Shown here: piece after piece, positions 40,150 to 52,302 of the stretch
How the letters are laid out: every line of letters starts with the position of its first letter
How positions within the stretch are numbered: the stretch's first letter is position 1
DNA from: Laetmonice hystrix
Taxonomy: Eukaryota
NCBI GenBank assembly: GCA_965235115.1
Contig: OZ249436.1
Span: 13,764,001-13,828,000, forward strand
Direction: 5' to 3'
Length of the DNA stretch: 64,000 bases
The notes under the pieces: generated by a model
Database searches by the model: none
What the model saw: only the letters and a program-made list of their open reading frames with translations
What the model was told of the DNA's origin: nothing
Made by a program: the position numbers and the translations under genes

Positions 40150-40224
40150 GTTGGCTTATGGCATTTCGATGCGCACACAGACTGGATTCAATTTTAGTCG
40201 GCCTTGGCAGGACAAAAACCATAG
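40150..40224 (+). pseudogene. Possible decayed ureohydrolase (agmatinase/arginase-family) exon fragment
   Basis: After a CTGCAG acceptor it reads VGLWHFDAHTDWIQF*SALAGQKP*, containing the family metal-binding motif HxDAHxD. There are in-frame stops, and no GGDH or DxD motifs were found nearby. Confidence 0.25.
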
Positions 40225-40448
40225 ACTCGGTCCGGTACCGGTGAGGGGTGTGTAAAACACTTAATAACATCAGTATAAGAAACATTGGAAAAAATGAGAT
40301 AATGCAAACGGAAAGTCGTAAAACATGATGCAGGGTCTTATTACATATAGGATTTTAAGCATGCTTCTTTGGAGAATTTTTAATTTATTGTTGATTGGAT
40401 GCTAAAAGGGATAAAATGATTTTTAGATACAGCTCTCTATGTTCTTAA

Positions 40449-40644
40449 GCCAGGAATCCATGTGTCCGTAATGCGTAATGCGTATTGCGTAGTGCGTAAT
40501 CAAAACAATGAAAACACGCATTACGCACTACGCACACATGGAATCACTTCAACTTGTTTTCATTGATTTTTATGAATGCGCATTACGCACTACGCAGTAC
40601 GCATTACGCATCACGCCCACACTACGGACACATGGATTCCTGGC
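40449..40644. mobile_element. 196-bp MITE flanked by TTAA
   Basis: Perfect 22-bp TIR GCCAGGAATCCATGTGTCCGTA. TTAA at 40445-40448 and 40645-40648. Internal inverted (TGCGTAA/TTACGCA)-type subrepeats. Confidence 0.88.
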
Positions 40645-40675
40645 TTAATGCGTATAGCCTCCCCTTTTAACCCAA

Positions 40676-40703
40676 TCTCTCTCTCCTCTCTCTCTCCCTC
40701 TCT

Positions 40704-40735
<32 letters not shown>

Positions 40736-40736
40736 C
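40676..40736. repeat. (CT)n imperfect microsatellite
   Basis: Direct sequence. Confidence 0.93.
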
Positions 40737-43700
40737 GTGCTCCGGTGTCTAGCCTACAATTAATATATCTGTAAACATATTTAATGCATCAACGGTATAC
40801 GCCATAGTTTTGGCACAGAATGCCAGTACCATCCCTGCCCATAAGTTATGGCAAGTATAAAAAGGTGAGATGGGCCACCTCGCCTCATTGCAAATCCCGC
40901 CATACTGCGACTGAAAGCTGGGGGTATAACGGATCCCATTCAAAGCTGAGCACATCTATAAATAAAGGTTTAAATGAATATAGAAGAGAGAAATAGAATA
41001 ATTGAGTAGCTGCATGATTTCTGACAACCCTTGCGTATTTTTCCGATTCCTAGGTTGACATAAACAGTATGGCTGATCCTTGTGGTTTTCTTTGATCAGA
41101 TTAGTGGTCCGTGACCCCCAAAAGGTTATATAACCGCTGGTCTCACTTAAATCGAATCTTTCGAATCATCAATTGAAGGTTTTACTGCAGTGTTTTTTTG
41201 CCGGAAATATTGTAATGAGCTTTTGCTCTTGTCCTGATTGAATCGTATAAAATCGAAACGACACAGTTTTTTTAAAACTCACGAATTGTTCTTCCTGTAA
41301 TGGGTCATGTACGAGGTAATTCATAGTCTGGATATTGAACCATATTTCGATAGAAAAGATGATGAGGTAGCAGAAGAGAAGAATGTAGCGATGGTTAGAA
41401 TGTTTTGGATCGGGAACAGCTTGGTAGTACTGAGTTAACTCGATCAACGATTAGGCTTCTCAACCTATCTACTTATAACCACGCAATCATGCCTGATTTT
41501 TCAAAGACAATATCACACCTAAAAGCGCCAGTGATACTATCGTTCATAATCTCTGTTAATCACACAAAACCTTGAGATTCAATTTGTCTCCGAGCCAAGC
41601 ACTTCTACTTATCTATACTTGCCTGGTGCATGCAGTCCGAACTCTATCATAATCAGGTGTGACATTTATAACGATGGAGTCATGTCACGTGTATTAGGAA
41701 TGTCCTGTTCTGGAAGGTACACTGCAGCTGCCATCAAAACCAACAACAGGCCTGGTAGGGTGGATTATATTCTTCAGAAACTCCCCCGCACCTGTGGCGC
41801 AGTCTAATGTAGACCAATGTTGAAAACCATCATCTTTTACCACTGGCAGCGTTGTCTCCAGTGTATTTACCAATAATGGCTGGAATTACGTACCAGATTA
41901 ACGGTAATGGTCTGTCTGTTGTGGCTGGCCAGGGAACGCAATAGGAACGTCTGCTGAACGTAACATAAGTGACCGTCAATTAGGAGGCTTTTAGGAGTGG
42001 AGCGAACTGTGTAAGCGCCAGAAACATAACGGTTAAAAACGACTTGGCATACATTGGCGTCAGTTCATGTATGGTTACTGTAGAAGGCAAGTAGAACTCA
42101 GTGGCCTTAATGTGGTCATCCAATCTGTAATGTCAAGGCTGTAAACATTTTTTTCAGCCTTGACTTCTGCACATCTTTACTCTGTTGTACATTTATTAAT
42201 GAGACCAATGTTCTTGCAATCTGATGACTCTGGTGGCAATGTGATGGATTGTATCGCTGTTAGATTTGACAGATTACTTCGCATTCCGGATTAAGCATGT
42301 TATTTATTAAAAGGCTGTTTGTCACGGTGAGAAACTAATCAATACCCAGTTGTGTAGCCTGATAGAGTCAATCTTTCTACACAATAATTATATGTCGTTA
42401 TATGAGGAGCACTAAGCAGCCTCCCTGGTCGGCATGAATGGATGCGGTGTGGCACGGATATCAACATCACAGGCCTGTGTAATTAAAAATGGATAACCGC
42501 TCACAGAGCGAAACGGCAACAGTACAAAATATAGCCGTCAGAAGGACATAGTCTGGTATCAAACGTTACTGTATTCAATGTGGAAAAACAGGAGTTAAAA
42601 CAATGAGATCTTTGAGAACGGCCATGAGAGTAAACAAAAATATTAGCGGGGTCCGTCTACATTTTCTTCAAATCTACAAGCAAGCATCAAAAGATAAATC
42701 GGTTTTCTAAGTCTACTACAGTTGGGCGTTTCGTTTATATTGTCTAAACTTCGTACCACTAGTAACTTTTATTTAGTTTTTCAATGTTGTTTATGACGTC
42801 ATTATTTGACGTAAACTTCTGTTGACATCCTTTCTAACGTCTTTCTGCACAAAGCGGGTGTTGGTTTAGATTGCTGATTGCTGGGTGTTGATATAATATT
42901 TATCTCTAATTATATTCAGCAGCAATCAACTCTTTGTAAACAGATGCTAATGACATTGATGGCCGTATTTTCCAGTCTTTGTACGTGAGCTTCATTAGTC
43001 GGCGATAAGGGAAAGCGCTACCATAAATTAATTGTTCTTACCCATGTGTTGGTATCAGCTGGAGCCTCAGGGGTTTCTCTATAGATACCAATCCAACTCA
43101 GCCGCCAAGTTCTTGATGAAACATTGACTAATCAATGTAATCTTCCCTTCATCATCGTCATCATCATGGCGGCATGGTATCAACATCATAGTCAACCCGT
43201 ATCTCACTACTCGGCTCCCAGCAGCAGAATCTCTCAGCAATGTGGAAGTTGACCTTGGAGATCGGAGGGTCTGATTTTCTTTCATTTCGTATCTGAGCCG
43301 TGCGGATTTCCCTGCAGGCTGCGGCAAAATATCAATGGGCGGTCGGGTCGCGAATTGGACCTCTAAGGACAGCCTAGATAAACAGCGCTGTCTATAGCAT
43401 TGAGTCAGCATGTTAATCGCTTTCCATTTCTCTGAAAAAAAGTCACTTCTCCTGCCCTACGACCGTCTGAATACCAGTTGTCGGTGACTGAGCGCCAGGT
43501 TTATGGCCAAGTGTTAATGTCGTATACACAGTGGGACTTCAGTCGGAGGTCCAGTGATTTTGATTTAAAAAGAGAGAAGAAATGTTTTGCTGGGGTTGGC
43601 TGACCAAAGGGTTTGGATTTCTCCTGGTGGTCGTTTGTACGACACCCAGGGATCGTGAATGAAGTGTTCACGCAGAGTGCAGGTCAGCTCCATCTTTCAT

Positions 43701-43750
43701 GGAAACATGGCTACGTCCCCGCAGTAGATTTATAGATATATCAGATTTAC

Positions 43751-43868
43751 CCATGACTCCGGAGAGTAGAGCAAGGAATACTGCCAGCAGAGTCAGTAGG
43801 ACTAGCATGAACACAACCGCAGACAACTGGTTCCACGTGTTCATGAAGTAGGCAGGGTTATTTTTTCG
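43751..43868 (-). CDS. Candidate 118-nt exon encoding a transmembrane segment (RKNNPAYFMNTWNQLSAVVFMLVLLTLLAVFLALLSGVM)
   Basis: Acceptor CCCTTCTGTTCAG and donor ATGG|GTAAAT. YFxxxWNxL followed by a hydrophobic helix resembles the S2-S3 region of voltage-gated/TRP/PKD channels, but the usual Asp after WNxL is Ser. Confidence 0.3.
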
Positions 43869-44629
43869 CTGAACAGAAGGGCTAATCATCTTTTCAAACG
43901 TGCACCACGACCTTTATTATCACGTGGGTATCCGAGACCACTAAAAACATATATGCTAAATGAATTGAAAGATATATATGTACAGGAAGCTGCTTTATGG
44001 CTGAGTGACAAAGATAATATAGAAGGGGTTCTTTTCTCCCAAAATCTGGTCGTTATCGATCACCATACATTCTTTGAAAGCTCCAACTAAAATATACCTG
44101 GGTCGTGAGGTGTTGGCGGGCGAGCAGTTGGCCCGGACCGAGTGCTCGCACTCGCGGCCCCATACACCTAACCCGTTTTTCAGCCAAGACGGGACACTTT
44201 TTGACGGCTGACCTTTTCGGAAGTATGGAACAGGTGGGCTGCCCTAAACCCCATCGGCCGTTAACATTGCCGCGGGGTAAGCCTGCATGGTAAATCACTG
44301 TACCAACAAGTGGATTCGACTCTGTACCTATCTCCTTCAACCCAACCCCGGAACGAAATAGTGGTGGGCTATTGTGTATATACAAGTACTTATCAAGTCA
44401 CTTAGCTGTCGATATTTACAGCCGAACTAAACTTAGTTAGGGTCTAATGTAGGCCTATGGCCCATTTCAACACCCCAAATTTATCATCTTCACTTAGCTT
44501 TCATCATCGAAAAAGAATTTGGGTTATATAGGGGTTTTTTAATATCACACTTTTTATATAAACATTCTGTGTGTTTTCTTTTGGCGACGAGAAGTTTACA
44601 GACTGAATGGCCAGTGTGCATTCAGTCTC

Positions 44630-46232
44630 AGTCCCTGCCACAGTGCATCCCGGCGGGATGGATGTGAGTGTGGAGGCAGGGATAGGTCAGTTTGTTAGTC
44701 TCTGTCACAGTGCACCTCGGCGGGATGGATGTGAGTGTGGAGGCAGGGATTGGTCAGTTTGTTAGTCTCTGTCACAGTGCACCCCGGCGGGATGGATGTG
44801 AGTGTGGAGGGAGGTTTTCGAGGCAGGGATAGGTCAGTTTGTTAGTCTCTGTCACAGTGCATCCCGGCGGGATGGATGTGAGTGTGGAGGCAGGGATAGG
44901 TCAGTTTGTTAGTCTCTGTCACAGTGCATCCCAGCGGGATGGATGTGAGTGTGGAGGCAGGGATAGGTCAGTTTGTTAGTCTCTGTCACAGTGCACCCCA
45001 GCGGGATGGATGTGAGTGTGGAGGTAGGGATAGGTCAGTTTGTTAGTCTCTGTCACAGTGCACCCCGGCGGGATGGATGTGAGTGTGGAGGTAGGGCTAG
45101 GTCAGTTTGTTAGTCTCTGTCACAGTGCACCCCGGCGGGATGGATGTGAGTGTGGAGGTAGGGCTAGGTCAGTTTGTTAGTCTCTGTCACAGTGCACCCC
45201 GGCGGGGTGGATGTGAGTGTGGAGGTAGGGCTAGGTCAGTTTGTTAGTCTCTGTCACAGTGCACCTCGGCGGGATGGATGTGAGTGTGGAGGCAGGGATA
45301 GGTCAGTTTGTTAGTCTCTGTCACAGTGCATCCCGGCGGGATATCAGTGTGGAGGCAGGGCTAGGTCAGTTTGTTAGTCTCTGTCACAGTGCACCCCGGC
45401 GGGATGGATATCAGTGTGGAGGTAGGGCTAGGTCAGTTTGTTAAACCTTGACATTTACATCCACATATATAGTGCGACGGACACCGCAGGCTGACTGGTT
45501 TTAATACGATATATACCGGCGGGATGGATGTGAGTGTGGAGGCAGGGATAGGTCAGTTTGTTAGTCTCTGTCACAGTGCACCTCGGCGGGATGGATGTGA
45601 GTGTGGAGGCAGGGATAGGTCAGTTTGTTAGTCTCTGTCACAGTGCACCCCGGCGGGATGGATGTGAGTGTGGAGGTAGGGCTAGGTCAGTTTGTTAGTC
45701 TCTGTCACAGTGCACCCAGGCGGGATGGATGTCAGTGTGGAGGTAGGGCTAGGTCAGTTTGTTAGTCTCTGTCACAGTGCACCCAGGCGGGATGGATGTC
45801 AGTGTGGAGGTAGGGCTAGGTCAGTTTGTTAGTCTCTGTCACAGTGCATCCCGGCGGGATGGATGTGAGTGTGGAGGCAGGGATAGGTCAGTTTGTTAGT
45901 CTCTGTCACAGTGCATCCCGGCGGGATGGATGTGAGTGTGGAGGTAGGGCTAGGTCAGTTTGTTAGTCTCTGTCACAGTGCACCCAGGCGGGATGGATGT
46001 CAGTGTGGAGGTAGGGCTAGGTCAGTTTGTTAGTCTCTGTCACAGTGCATCCCGGCGGGATGGATGTGAGTGTGGAGGCAGGGATAGGTCAGTTTGTTAG
46101 TCTCTGTCACAGTGCACCCCGGCGGGATGGATGTGAGTGTGGAGGTAGGGCTAGGTCAGTTTGTTAGTCTCTGTCACAGTGCCCCCGGCGGGATGGATAT
46201 CAGTGTGGAGGTAGGGCTAGGTCAGTTTGTTA
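44630..46232. repeat. 67-bp minisatellite (~22-23 copies) in two blocks separated by a non-repeat spacer
   Basis: Unit AGTGTGGAGG(C/T)AGGG(A/C)TAGGTCAGTTTGTTAGTCTCTGTCACAGTGCA(T/C)CCCGGCGGGATGGATGTG, with period measured at 44881 and 44948. Confidence 0.97.
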
Positions 46233-47564
46233 AACCTTGACATTTACATCCACCTATAGTGCGACGGACACCGCAGGCTGACTGGTTTTAATACGATATA
46301 TACCGGGCACTGTGGGACTATGTTTATTTTGGGTATGACTTATCTCTGTCATGGCAAAATGCATATTAATTCCAGGTGTAAATGAGCTTCACAGTTAAAT
46401 CTTGAGTGATAGCATTGCACACATGAATTATTTTCTATTCCCTGCTTGTAATCTGAACGTTCGGTTAAATGACCCTAATAAAGTGTGCTCTGTTTTTTGT
46501 TCATATCTGAAATTGATGCATTATACTATGATCTTAGAAAAGAAAATCAAAAGCTCATTCTTCACTAGATTGATAGTTTAAGAACGTACTGAATGCACCC
46601 CCTTTATGTGTACTTCATCCTAATATTTTCCGGGACCAGTGTGGACCCGATGAAAGTACCCCAGTATAGGACTTGTATAAAGGAACTATCGGCCCCGCAC
46701 GTTTCTCTCTGCAATGCCTGTGGCGTTCTTGATAATATTATGCAGAATTTTGTAGGAGTGTGTTCACGTGCGTGTAATATTACTGTTGAGAACGTAAGAG
46801 TTTGGAAGCCTGTTGGGACCGTGCGGCCCGGCTGGGATTGAAGTTACGACCGAGGTAGAACTGCGATACGTTTGATTGGCCGGTGCTGTCTAGTTGTGAT
46901 AAGAGCCTGTCTGTGGCGGTTAGATAGAATAAAACTCGCAGTGGTTATACAACCACCCCACCCTGTCCTTCTGTTGGAATCTGCTGGCCGCATTGGCAAC
47001 TGGACACGAAACACAGCCGGATGACCTTCACAATACACCTCCGTTTGCGAGGTAATGGCCTCAGTAACGATGAAACGTAGCAAAATGTGGACGTTGGAGC
47101 TTCTGGTAGACTTATATCAGACAGAGGTTTGCACTTTACAAGTATCTTTACAAGTATCTGTTCTTAACTCCTGCCCTGGCCAGCAATGTTCTGTATACGA
47201 TCAGACGCAATTACAACATTGGAATTTGAGAAGAAAATTTCTGAAGAGAAGATCCGGAAGGAAGAGTTTTACAAAACGTAGGGGCGGGGTTCAGTAGGAC
47301 TGGTACCTGACTGTCGACTGTGGCTTGGCTGGTCCTGCAGGCACCCCGCCAAACGTATCGGCCCGGTGACATAGGCGTCTATATATACATATAGACCACC
47401 AGCCCACCTCTCTGATATGTCTGGCTGCTAGCGACACCCCCGGCCATCGGCTGACATTGGCTAACCTCGCCGTGAGGTGGTCGACTGGGCGGGGTACATA
47501 CGTCCCACTGGACCGGTTAACACCGACCGCTTGTCCTTGGCCGGCATATTATAGACGGATAATG

Positions 47565-47764
47565 NNNNNNNNNNNNNNNNNNNNNNNNNNNNNNNNNNNN
47601 NNNNNNNNNNNNNNNNNNNNNNNNNNNNNNNNNNNNNNNNNNNNNNNNNNNNNNNNNNNNNNNNNNNNNNNNNNNNNNNNNNNNNNNNNNNNNNNNNNNN
47701 NNNNNNNNNNNNNNNNNNNNNNNNNNNNNNNNNNNNNNNNNNNNNNNNNNNNNNNNNNNNNNNN
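47565..47764. other. Assembly gap (200 N)
   Basis: Run of N. Confidence 1.
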
Positions 47765-49642
47765 CACTCGTGTATTCTCTTATCAATAACTGCACCATGG
47801 TGCACGGGTCACATTCCACGCCCTCCCAAGGTGCCTGCCGCCGTCTGCGGGGCGCTTTACCAACTGCTGTAGCTGAGGGCTTTTTTCTAATCGTTTGATT
47901 AGGGTAGATCGGCCACCTGCTGCTGACTCACTGAGGAGTGTGCCGACGCCCAGCGGTTGACGTCGGTACCCGCCGGTCTGTTGTATAGATTCCCGGAGCG
48001 CCCGTCCTGTCACATCCCCGGGAACTCTAAGTACGGGGGTCGGGGCCGGGGCCGGGGCCGACCTACCGTACCAATCATGTAACATTCTCTAGTGCATGAA
48101 TTGGTCCTAATGACGGTAACCTAAACTCGATCAGCCAGACAGCGAGCGGCCTGACTACAAGACGTCCGTTTTGACCGACGTTTCGCTCACAAAGATTCGA
48201 TCGGCGTAGGCCTAGCTATATTTATGGATGACGTCTTGAAACTCTCAGTGGCCCGCTATCTCAAAGTCACCAAGGGCACATTCACGGAGTATATCCTCTT
48301 TGGTAACTTAGGAGAAGTGGCTTATTCCTTCAAACATGTTCCTCAATGTAGATACTTGTAGGCCTATTTTACCGTGATTTAACCCACATACTCCAAAGTA
48401 TCCACTTCCTTAACGTAGCAAATAGGCAAATAAAGTCCTGATATTTATAAATTTATACCAAGGGGGAGGACTGCCCCCTCCATACCTACCACCACAAAAA
48501 AGGGTGGGGTTAAGAGCTAATCTCCAAGACATAAGATTAAACTGCTATGCCTATTGACGTAGAGTGAGTCCAAAGACGAAACGTGTTCCCCTTTGACGGT
48601 TATACGACTCGAGCCTCCATAGGCCTAGAATTTATAGCTTTCATACCTGATCAAAATGTTCCACGTGTCTTACTGTTAACCATTTGTTGTTATCATCTTA
48701 TAACACATTAAAGGAAGGAATCAACGAATAAAATACGACACTGTAGTCAAGTTCATAAGATCGATTCAAGAGTTTGCACGCGGTTCAAGAGTTCGCACGC
48801 GATACGTTGCCACAAGATGGCACAGCGATCGCACATTACGCCATCTCGTGCCGTGGAGGCGAACCCGTGAAAACCTGCTGTAATGTTTTTGCACTATCGC
48901 GTGATCGGCGTATTATTTTAATCTTACCACCAGGTTATCGACCTGACCTGGTTGTAATGACAGCCAGTGTAATCTTACGGCGAAAATTGAGATGCGTATT
49001 GCCTACCACCCCTGTATATCGGCTCGTAGTATGCTAGCCCTATGGCCATGTGCCAGTTCTTCTAAAAGATAAACATTTAAAGCTTTGGGCTCCCATATCC
49101 CATCCTTGAAAACGTTGAGTTGGTTCCAAACGTATTAAACACGCTGGATTGTATTGGGGATGCATCCAGAACTCCGAGGTATATGATACACAAGGGGGCA
49201 GTTCTGTCGGTTTTTGTAAACTTGCTGTCTAAACCCAGGTGGCGCAGCGGTCGCCATAAATCCACAGACGCCGCCAGGAGGCGGGGTTGGCGTGGTGGCT
49301 TCGATCATGACGCACCCGTACAGGTCTGGCACACTGCTCGTGTAGTCCCGAGGACAATTGAGCTGCAATCTTTCTTTTGATCAACATCTTCTGAAAAGAG
49401 TTGGAAAGCAAACATGTTGGTGAAATAAATGTTCCTTTTGCTTTTTCAAAAAAGTCGTGCTGGGTAAAAAGTGTTATCGACTTTTATCCACGAATTAGAG
49501 GCATGACACTAATACAGACATTATACAATAATAGTGTTAACCTATTATACACTGTATGCATGTCTGCTGAATCAGTGCTGAGACAGCATCAAGTATTGTG
49601 AACTTGTGAGTTTTCATGTCTCCACTCGGGTCAGGTGACTTA

Positions 49643-49900
49643 GGCCCGGTTTTTCTGTTTACTTTTCCACCCTGAGCAAGGCTGAGCTGAGCTGACCAAG
49701 GGTGAGCATGAGCTCATATCGTTTTCCTCACCGTTTTCTTTTTTTCCGTCAGCTTGCTCACCATGAGTACGCCTAACGGGGGGACCCCCCCCCCAAAAAA
49801 AAACAAAAAAAAAAACACGAAAACGGTAAACATGAGCTCATCCTTGGTCAGCTCAGCTCACTCTTGCTCAGGGTGGAAAAGTAAAGAAAAAGACCGGGCC
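49643..49900. mobile_element. 258-bp MITE with ~65-bp imperfect TIRs (GGCCCGGT...ACCGGGCC)
   Basis: The arms share TTTACTTTTCCACCCTGAGCAAG..TGAGCTGAGCTGACCAAGG.TGAGC in inverted orientation. The left flank is TTA and the right flank is CAG, so the TSD is not intact. Confidence 0.85.
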
Positions 49901-51524
49901 CAGGTTCACTGTGTGAAATGAGCCAACACAACGTCGTCACACACATTCACCGACCACCGTTCTTCTTGTGACAATGTTCTCGTTCACATTTTGGTTGCAT
50001 GTCAATTAAAATATTCAATAATTATACAGCAATGTTTTATGGTATTCAAATGTCAAGGAATTCGATGCGGAAGGATCGTTGAATTCTGATGAAGAGGGCC
50101 GAGCCTGGTATTTTAACACCCTGCTCGAGTTAAGTCGCGTGTCATTATTGTTTGAACCCGTACATTTTTAATGATAAAACCGTGTTCTCCATGATTCTGA
50201 AACCGGGAATTTACCAGCTGCATTTAGAAATGCCTCTTTTATTTCCAAACCGTAATTTTAGGCAAAGGAAGAACTATTTGATGGAAATAACTCTGTGTAA
50301 TTTAAGACTGAATGCCGGGCTCATGAGAGGCCATCACACCGCCCCACGCGTGCTTCCAATGATGGCTTCAATCACCCAACCCACCCACTCTCGTCCCACT
50401 CACTGATACGGTAACTCATGTACTTAGTCCAAGGTTCAATACGATCCTAGTGCCTATTTGTTGTACGTGTACCAATGATAGGGGTCTACTATCACCTCTG
50501 TTTTTTATAGATTTCCTAGGTCATTAATGTTAACATCATAAACAGAGACCAGCCTAGAATGAAGGTCATTGTGATGGGCGTCTCCAGGATATATAACATA
50601 ATATATCCCTGTAGACTTGAGGAGATGGGAGATGAGTAATTACGGAAGAGGCCGCCTAGATCGTGGGTCTACCATTATAAGCGTTACGTGTTTAAAGTAT
50701 CGGTTTTGTTTATATTTCAAAGGGGTAGGCCTACTACGTTCTATCAGCCACCCACCCCACCACCCCCTGTACATCTTCGTTCATATAGTCCGGTCCACTG
50801 AGACATTCTTGAACCAATGCACATGTGTTGTGATTGGATGGGTTCCTACACGTGCCTTGCCTGCCTCCCACCCACTCACCGACACGCCACGTGCCCCTCC
50901 TATACGTCCGTTATTGGTTCAAGGCCAACGTGTCATGAACGTCTCAACACTGCCGTTCTGGATGGACAGTAATGACGACTCGCCCTCGCCTTCAGGGCAC
51001 CCATACACGAGGCGTTCCGTGGTAACATATTACAGCTAAACGATCTCTGCCCAATACTCTGCCGCTCTCCCATAATTTGGGAACACTTCCAGGTGGTGTT
51101 GAGTTCCTTAAGATGCGCCAGAAAATAACTGGACGACCGGAAGTTCTCATCATGACCTTTAAGTTGACCTCTAAACGCACCGTGGGTCGTGCCAAATGGA
51201 CCGTCGGGACGGCAGACTGACATCCTTGGAACTTCCTCAAACGGCAGTCGGAAACTTAAACAAACATCTCTACTAAACGTTCTCAGGTTATACGTGAACC
51301 ACGAAAAGCATTCTTTCGCCTCCTTTCGCAATTTTCTAGTTTCTCCCAAGCTTTTTGTTTTATTTAAAAATTTGGCTCTCTCTCTTTCTCTCTGTCTGTC
51401 TCATCCGAAATAGAACTCTTCAGAATTTGTACCTTTACTAGCATACCTTCTCAAATACTTGTAGATCAAATCACAAGCAATATCGAGAAAAGGTCGTTAC
51501 TGAAGTAGTTGAATTGAGCGAGTT

Positions 51525-52302
51525 GTTATATTACCGACTGTGATACTATGACAGAGGTGTTATATTACCGACTGTGATACTATGACAGAGGTGTTATATT
51601 ACCGACTGTGATACTATGACAGAGGTGTTATATTACCGACTGTGATACTATGACAGAGGTGTTATATTACCGACTGTGATACTATGACAGAGGTGTTATA
51701 TTACCGACTGTGATACTATGACAGAGGTGTTATATTACAGACTGTGATACTATGACAGAGGTGTTATATTACCGACTGTGATACTATGACAGAGGTGTTA
51801 TATTACCGACTGTGATACTATGACAGAGTTGTTATATTACCGACCGTGATACTATGACAGAGGTGTTATATTGCCGACTGTGATACTATGACAGAGGTGT
51901 TATATTGCCGACTGTGATACTATGACAGAGGTGTTATATTACCGACTGTGATACTATGACAGAGGTGTTATATTACCGACTGTGATACTATGACAGAGGT
52001 GTTATATTACCGACTGTGATACTATGACAGAGGTGTTATATTACCGACTGTGATACTATGACAGAGGTGTTATATTACCGATTGTGATACTATGACAGAG
52101 GTGTTATATTACCGATTGTGATACTATGACAGAGGTGTTATATTACCGACTGTGATACTATGACAGAGGTGTTATATTACCGACTGTGATACTATGACAG
52201 AGGTGTTATATTACCGACTGTGATACTATGACAGAGGTGTTATATTACCGATTGTGATACTATGACAGAGGTGTTATATTGCCGACTGTGATACTATGAC
52301 AG
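51525..52302. repeat. 34-bp minisatellite (~23 copies)
   Basis: Unit GTTATATTACCGACTGTGATACTATGACAGAGGT, highly homogeneous. Confidence 0.98.

Noticed and set aside
46593-47297. Semi-open plus frame (~235 codons, 2 stops)
   Set aside because: The opposite strand is similarly open and no family motif is visible, so a coding strand cannot be assigned
47960-48030. Trypsin-like C-terminal motif (SRGCDRTGAPGIYT, minus strand)
   Set aside because: It is short, preceded by a stop, and no GDSGGP or other protease motifs lie nearby
48036-48059. (GGGGYC)4 G-quadruplex-type hexamer
   Set aside because: It is too short to be distinguished from ordinary microsatellite noise
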